Below are positions 56,761 through 64,000 of a stretch of DNA of 64,000 nucleotides, piece after piece. The DNA is taken from NCBI GenBank assembly GCA_002269645.1, contig NIVC01000618.1, positions 372,001 through 436,000 on the forward strand, in the 5' to 3' direction. The translations under genes and the position numbers were made by a program. A model generated the notes under the pieces. That model was not told the DNA's origin. It was given only the letters and a program-made list of their open reading frames with translations, and ran no database searches. This DNA is from Macrostomum lignano (lineage: Eukaryota). Each line of letters begins with the position of its first letter. Positions within the stretch are counted from its first letter, which is position 1.

Positions 56761-57153
56761 CGAAGAGCTTGCGTGCACGGCAGCCGTTCATGTAAGCTCA
56801 GAATTGCGTGCATGGCGGCTATCTACCTAGTGCTTTATTTGCATGTATGCAGCCGTACACCTAGTGTTGTAATTGCGTGCACGGCAGCCGGCAATTGGCC
56901 GGGACTGGGGCCCTTAAATCCACGCATTGGCATTGGCAAACCTAATTAAAAATATTTTTACTATATTGTTTTATAATGTTTTATCCCCCGTACACCATGG
57001 ACTGCAAATGTAATCTTAATTAATTGTTTTTTTGTTAACTTGAATATTAATTCGAATAGTATATGACTTACTGTATAAGCCTATAAGATATAGCTCTGCC
57101 GTGCATGCAATTCTGAGCTTACGTGAACAGCAGCCATGCACGCAAGCTCTTCG
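56761..57153. mobile_element. Mutator-like (MULE) MITE
   Basis: TIRs of about 60 bp starting CGAAGAGCTTGCGTGCA; perfect 9-bp TSD TATTTTTAT (56752-56760 and 57154-57162). Confidence 0.85.
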
Positions 57154-60100
57154 TATTTTTATAGTCATGTGCAAAAAATTTCAATTAAGTTACAAGTTAA
57201 CAACTACCTAAAGTAAGCTAGGTACTGTGACAAGGTCAAAGGCCACTAGAAGCTACCATTGTATCAATGACAATGTATTTATTCATAACATGTTTCTTTA
57301 TTTTTTAATTTAACCACATTAGGCCTAGTATTTGCACTGCAAGTTCATTACTTCATTTAGATAGTATTTGTTTTAAGTGTTAATTGTAAAAATAACTGTC
57401 TTGCTAGGCCTATTTATACAGTCACAGTAACAATAACAACTGCCTCAATTTGAACACTAGGCCTATGTGGACAGCTGTTGTGGATGCAATTTAAACACTG
57501 GGTGGATGGCTGCATGCACACAATGCAAGCTCTCTATAGGCTAATCTTAGGCTAACTGCTAACATTTAATAGAAAGACAATTTTTTATCCCTTATCTATT
57601 GATAAGAATAAATTTAATATAACTACTAGAATAGGCTTAGCCAAAACCATTGTAAAAATACCTAGGCCTACACCGCCTACTAAGTCAGCCTTAGGCCTTC
57701 AGTACATAATAGGAGATTAGAAATAGATGAGGAAATACACCCAAAATGGCTATAAACTACCTTAGTAGCCCTTTACATTAGCAATTCATGTACAACCAAC
57801 TAACTAACCAACCAACCAACAAAAAGCTCTGCGTGAGCCTATCTAATTCTAAGCACTGTATTGTTTCACAAGAATTAGAGCCGAGAAGAAAGATTTAAGA
57901 GGGCACAATCTTTTTTTAATTAAGATTTGTGTTGGACTAAAATGTATATAATTTTTAAGAGCATATGAAGCCGAAATAGAGTCGAAATAGACTTTTAATG
58001 CTAAAAGTCTTGAAATAGTCTTGAAAGATTTGAAATAGACTAATAAATAGCACAATAAATATCAAAACCACTAAATTTTGAATATGTCTGTTGACAATTT
58101 CACTTAGTAAATAGGATATAACAAAAACTATTTTTAAACTATCATTTTTTTAAATTGAACAATAAATAAAAATAAAGAAACTAGTTATGCAATGCAAGAC
58201 TAGGATTTGATTATCTTACTTTTCATAAACGCCGGCGTGACCTGCATGAAATCAGTAGTTTTTTTTTCGTGTACATTGGCCCTAGCTAAGGTGGAATTTT
58301 CCGAATTTTTCTTTCATTTCAGTATCGACGTGTCGTAATCGATCAAATTTTGTGTAGAATTTCAAATGCTTTCAATTTGGCAAAATGTTAATTGATTTTT
58401 TCGCAGTTAAAGAACCGTTTAAACATTGTACACGTGAAGAACTGAAGACATGTAGTTACGCTTACAAAATTCAAATAAAGATTAGCTAGAGGCCGCAGTA
58501 GTAAGAACCGTATATTTTTCAGCTTATATCTGCATGTAGTGCATCTAGTAGTATGTTCTCGAAATATTTTTGAACAAGAGATTTTTTCTTTGCGGAATTT
58601 GTCATAGACATACACAGCTGTAAATACATGTATGAAGATAACGATATACATTTAATTAACCATATGTGACTAAGGACCACTGTAGGATAAAATGTAGTAT
58701 TCAATACTGTAGTGGTCGTTGCATATAACATGACCTATGATGGAGATTACCATATGGCGAAACCCCATTTAGCACTATGCTCTAGAGCATGCTAAATACA
58801 CACAAGCATCAATTCGACAAATTATACGTTCGATCGATACCTTCACGGCCTAAGATCATTTCTAAGAAAATCGAGTGAAACGCGTCCTTCCACTTTAGTT
58901 TTTAATGGTCCTTTGCCTAGATTCTCGTCAGGAAAGTTAAAACGGTTGACATTGACATAAAAATGCAACTATAGATAAGTTTGTATGTACATATTCAGAA
59001 CTGCATCGTGAGCAGCTATAATTCCCGATCTATTGTACAGTAAGTTCTACTCTAGCTCTTTTTACATGTAGCGTTCAGTACTTGATTTAAGTTCTTACAT
59101 GGTCTTACTGTAATTAATATCTTAATATGGTATCAACATAGCTCACACTGCATATATCGTGGCAATACGAGTACAAAGAATAGTAAACGTACCCAACTGG
59201 CCAAAGAGCTTATCCTTTTAATTAAGAAACGTTTCTCACACATACATGTAGGTACAAAAGAAAGCCACAATGGCTTCCGCACAATATAGGAGAAATACAA
59301 CCAGTAAGTAGGAGCTATAAGCTACCTAGCCTAGTAGAATCCTTAAGTCCCAGGTAGCTTCCCACAGCATCTTTCTATATAGCCTGGCCTTGTTCTTCAG
59401 CCTTTCTTATTGCACCGCTTAGAGTACCGGGCACGCAAGGACGCTGCCATTCTTTCCCTCACTGAGAATGCGAGGCTACAAACCTCCCTGTCTCTCTCTA
59501 TCTCTCCAATTCCTCAATCGGAGCAGAGACTCAAAATGTATGCGACGCGGTTTCATCGTCGGCCCCATGCAAAAACGCTGTTTTATGCACAGCATTTCAT
59601 CGAAAATCTACTTGCAGCTTGTGAAACTACCCTCCCCCTTATAGCTTCCATACAGACTCAAACGCTTGACAGAGCACCAGCCAACCAACCGTAGCCGGTC
59701 GGGAGTCGGGGGCGGAGATGGGAGCTGTGCAGGCATCTCAGCTGCTTGCAGTGAGTGTGCAATGTTCAGCAGCTATCATGTCATTGTTGCTGTTGGTATG
59801 GACAACACTGGCTTCTTATTGGCTGTCCCGGGGAGGGGGCTGCTCTGGATGGGCGAATCCCGCCATGGCTGCTCACCCGCCTCCGGTCCTCTTATCTACC
59901 CGGCTCCCTCTACCGCACACCTTGCCGCGGATGCCACGCCTTCCTAAACTGGGAACCGTGTATCACAATCGTGGGGGGATATCGCAAGCCCACCTCTGGT
60001 TGGCTGTCTCTGTCCTTCTTTCTCTCGTTTTACTCTAGACAAAAACTCCCTCCCCAAAAATCTCTCTTCGCTTCCCATTGCGTCGCGCCCGCATCGCGCT

Positions 60101-60619
60101 GGATCTGCAAACTCCCCTCTCCTCCCCCAGTTGCCTTCTCTGCCTCATCCTCTTCCTGTCTCCAGCAGTTTTTTCTCTTCCTTTTCACCCAAATAAGCGC
60201 CGATCGAGAGCCCGTGTCCGTGGCGCCCTAAAATTCCTGCCAGCAGTAGGAGCAGCAGCGGGAGCAGCTCTACCGGTTCTCTCTCCCAGTTCCGCAGTCG
60301 CACCCCCTTCTGGTTGGCAAGCTGCCCCAACAACCGCTGGCGGCCTAGTCAAAGAGAATTTTCCAGCCAGAAATATACTGTGCATAATAATTGCCTTCTT
60401 TGTCAGCAAAGCAGTCGTTCGGCAAGGACAGCTTCGTCTCAGAACCAACTAAGCAGCCTCCCGCACATCGGCAGCGGCCCTCACTGTGGAGGAGGGCGCC
60501 ATGCTAGCAGCAGCGCAGCATGCGAGCGCCACGAGCACCCGACAAACAGTCAAGCTGATTGACAACAACGACAGCTTGTATTAATCACTGTTGCTCCAAT
60601 ATCCTTCCTGATCGTTGCC

Positions 60620-60810
60620 ATGACAACGATCCAACAGCAGAAGCAGCAACAACAGCAGCAAGAGGACTTCGTTGAGGTGCAGACCGCCGACGAGATCGAA
60701 GTCGAGGCGGAAGCTGAAATCCCTTATCCGGGATTTTATCCGGTGGTGCTGCGATACCTGCATCAGAGACACCCACTGCGAGCTTGGTGTCTTCGAGCCA
60801 TCACATGGCC
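60620..60810 (+). CDS. T-type voltage-gated calcium channel alpha-1 (Cav3), first coding exon; the gene continues beyond the window
   Basis: IPYPGFYPVVLRYLHQRHPLRAWCLRAITWP matches the Cav3 pre-IS1 segment (PYP.LAPVVF.YL.Q..RPR.WCLR...NP). The exon ends at ATATCCTTT; upstream in-frame stop at 60560. Confidence 0.85.
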
Positions 60811-60819
60811 ATATCCTTT
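60811..60819 (+). other. U12-type (AT-AC) 5' splice site
   Basis: ATATCCTTT exactly where Cav3 homology ends (phase 2, within the Pro codon). Confidence 0.85.
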
Positions 60820-60887
60820 TTTGCTCTGTAATTCGCTGTGGTTTTCGGGGGCTCTTGGTGAGTAGCGAAATTGGGGATCTTTGTGAG

Positions 60888-62397
60888 GTAACTGATTAGT
60901 TGTAGCCATTCGGTAACTGGTTAGTTGTAGCCATTCGGTAACTGATTAGTTGTAGCCATTCGGTAACTGGTTAGTTGTAGCCATTCGGTAACTGATTAGT
61001 TGTAGCCATTCGGTAACTGATTAGTTGTAGCCATTCGGTAACTGATTAGTTGCAGCCATTCGGTAACTGATTAGTTGTAGCCATTCGGTAACTGATTAGT
61101 TGTAGCCATTCGGTAACTGATTAGTTGTAGCCATTCGGTAACTGGTTAGTTGTAGCCATTCGGTAACTGGTTAGTTGTAGCCATTCGGTAACTGATTAGT
61201 TGTAGCCATTCGGTAACTGATTAGTTGTAGCCATTCGGTAACTGATTAGTTGTAGCCATTCGGTAACTGATTAGTTGTAGCCATTCGGTAACTGATTAGT
61301 TGTAGCCATTCGGTAACTGATTAGTTGTAGCCATTCGGTAACTGATTAGTTGTAGCCATTCGGTAACTGGTTAGTTGTAGCCATTCGGTAACTGATTAGT
61401 TGTAGCCATTCGGTAACTGATTAGTTGTAGCCATTCGGTAACTGATTAGTTGTAGCCATTCGGTAACTGATTATAGTTGCAGTCATCCGGTAACTGATTA
61501 GTTGTAGCCATTCGGTAACTGATTATAGTTGCAGTCATCCGGTAACTGATTAGTTGTAGCCATTCGGTAACTGATTATAGTTGCAGTCATCCGGTAACTG
61601 ATTAGTTGTAGCCATTCGGTAACTGATTAGTTGTAGCCATTCGGTAACTGATTAGTTGTAGCCATTCGGTAACTGATTAGTTGTAGCCATTCGGTAACTG
61701 ATTAGTTGTAGCCATTCGGTAACTGATTAGTTGTAGCCATTCGGTAACTGATTAGTTGTAGCCATTCGGTAACTGATTAGTTGTAGCCATTCGGTAACTG
61801 ATTAGTTGTAGCCATTCGGTAACTGATTAGTTGTAGCCATTCGGTAACTGATTAGTTGTAGCCATTCGGTAACTGATTAGTTGTAGTCATTCGGTAACTG
61901 ATTAGTTGTAGCCATTCGGTAACTGGTTAGTTGTAGCCATTCGGTAACGGATTAGTTGCAGCCATTCGGTAACTGATTAGTTGTAGCCATTCGGTAACTG
62001 ATTAGTTGTAGCCATTCGGTAACTGATTAGTTGTAGCCATTCGGTAACTGATTAGTTGTAGCCATTCGGTAACTGATTAGTTGTAGCCATTCGGTAACTG
62101 ATTAGTTGTAGCCATTCGGTAACTGATTAGTTGTAGCCATTCGGTAACTGATTAGTTGTAGCCATTCGGTAACTGATTAGTTGTAGCCATTCGGTAACTG
62201 ATTAGTTGTAGCCATTCGGTAACGGATTAGTTGTAGCCATTCGGTAACTGATTAGTTGTAGCCATTCGGTAACTGATTAGTTGTAGCCATTCGGTAACTG
62301 ATTAGTAGTAGCCATTCGGTAACTGATTAGTTGTAGCCATTCGGTAACGGATTAGTTGCAGCCATTCGGTAACTGATTAGTTGTAGCCATTCGGTAA
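60888..62397 (+). repeat. 25-bp minisatellite (GTAACTGATTAGTTGTAGCCATTCG), Cav3 intron 1
   Basis: About 1.5 kb, highly homogeneous. Confidence 0.98.
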
Positions 62398-63724
62398 TAA
62401 GACATTCGACATTAAGACTGAGTCTGTCTCAAAGGAAGATTATCTGGGACAAGCCTCGTCTCAATGAAATCTCATACACTGTAGTCGCAGTCGGGCAGAC
62501 CTAGGAGGTCGGCACAATGGAAGAATCTCAAGTTAAGAGGGTTTCTCGAGCATTCCGTGACTGTTCTGTAACAGCAGCATCGAAAAGCAAAGGGTCGACT
62601 CATCCGTTCTCAGAGGGTGCATGCGCCTCTTCAATTATATTTGGCTTCACTATTCGATCAGATTATTTTTATCATCATTCTTTTGTTGCCGCTGCATACG
62701 GCTAGCGGAGAATGGAAAGGAGATTGATGCCCCAATGCTTCTGGCCACGCCCCAACAACCAGCGGTGCCCTTACTTGCATGGCCTTTAGAAAACGTGGGC
62801 GTGCGATACAGTTGTAAATAAAGCTAGCTGAGGTTTTTGGCTCGCAGCAGGTGAGCTCTGAAGTAAATATGCCGGGAGACAGTTGCTGTACAATAAAGTT
62901 GGAGCACCTGCCTTTTTGCTCTCTCTCTCTCTCTTTTCTGGCTTTCTATCCGCTTCCCTATCAGCAAGGTTGCACTGCACAGCTGTGCCAACCAAAAAGC
63001 AACACCAAGTTTTTAGTGCCAACTCTTTTCTGCAACCCTTGGCTTCAATACCAGCGTAGAGAATTGAGGCATGGGCATGGTTTCTGCTTGACAAGGAGCA
63101 CTCTGTGATATTGCTGGGCCATAGTGACCTCTCGGTCACACTCTCGCTCCTCTTTCCTTCTTCCAAACTGAAATATCTGTAAGCTCTGCCTTCTTTTTCA
63201 CCAAAGCCTTGCTTCTCCACAATTTTTATTAGGCATTTCAAACCGCTTATAAGGCTGTTGTAAAATGGATTTAGTTATTTGTTTCATTCTGAAGATTAGG
63301 AGGAGTGGCTACAGAGAGGTATTGAATCCCATATATTCAATGAACTATAGTCCCTACAACTCGTACCTGCATACCGATGAAGGCACTGTACCGAATCCAC
63401 TGAGCCCCGTAACTAGCCTACAGCGAGCTGGTATGAGATTAAATTCCCCATTGCTGTAGCTTAGCTACAGAGAAATTAATTCCCCACACGCGCCTGTGCA
63501 ACACGCAGAACACGGAGGCAGCGGGGGGCTGTAGATGGAACCCCAGATCGATATGTCAAATCCGACTGGCTTTAGGGCGCGGCCCTGCCACTTTTCTCCT
63601 TCTGCTCGGCTCTGCGCGTCTCTTCCCTCATTTTGCTCACTATATGGGCTCCCGGGCTTCACGTAGGCATGGCGAAATACATTTACTATTCTCATAATTG
63701 AGGCAGCTATGATTCACTGACCTC

Positions 63725-64000
63725 TGCCTCTCCCCCTCACTCTTATCTCTCTCCCGCTACTCCTCCTCTCTCACCTCACTCTATCTCTCTCCCGCTACTC
63801 CTCCTTTCTCACCTCACTCTTATCTCTCTCCCGCTACTCCTCCTCTCTCACCTCACTCTTATCTCTCTCCCGCTACTCCTCCTCTCTCACCTCACTCTTA
63901 TCTCTCTCCCGCTACTCCTCCTCTCTCACCTCACTCTTATCTCTCTCCCGCTACTCCTCCTCTCTCACCTCACTCTTATCTCTCTCCCGCTACTCCTCCT
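63725..64000 (+). repeat. ~39-bp CT-rich minisatellite (runs off the window end)
   Basis: CCTCACTCTTATCTCTCTCCCGCTACTCCTCCTCTCTCA repeated. Confidence 0.92.

Noticed and set aside
59400-60560. ORFs 59410..60562 upstream of Cav3
   Set aside because: No homology; low-complexity CT/CAG-rich sequence consistent with the Cav3 promoter and 5' UTR.
60888-62397. Regular 25-33 bp arrays resembling CRISPR
   Set aside because: No unique spacers, no cas genes, and a spliceosomal eukaryotic context.
60820-64000. U12 branch point, AC acceptor and Cav3 exon 2
   Set aside because: No convincing TCCTTAAC-like site or IS1-encoding exon was found; presumed to lie beyond the window.

Overview
Eukaryotic (animal) genomic DNA with GC-rich exons separated by introns and intergenic gaps that are mostly locus-specific minisatellite arrays. 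This style resembles the flatworm Macrostomum; that assignment is inference and is not proven from the sequence. Eight protein-coding genes could be assembled by hand from homology plus splice sites: ovo C2H2 zinc-finger factor (+, 5 exons); a three-exon multi-copy EFLamide/EYLamide (TRH-type-like) neuropeptide precursor hidden in what looks like a 30-bp repeat (-); INPP5A-type inositol 5-phosphatase (+, 11 exons); an otopetrin proton channel (-); LAPTM4-like (-); a TLDc-domain protein (-); SSR2/TRAP-beta (-); and the first coding exon of a T-type calcium channel (+), which ends at a U12-type ATATCCTTT donor. Mobile elements: two CORE-SINE copies, a probable solo LTR with a 5-bp TSD, hAT-like and Mutator-like MITEs. 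Most long entries in the ORF track are translations of tandem repeats. Best leads: the neuropeptide precursor, the minor-spliceosome intron, a possible SSR2-TLDc-LAPTM4 trans-spliced operon, an eh1 motif in Ovo, and RFX X-boxes (one lying over the Cav3 start codon). All coordinates were read by eye; repeat boundaries are approximate.
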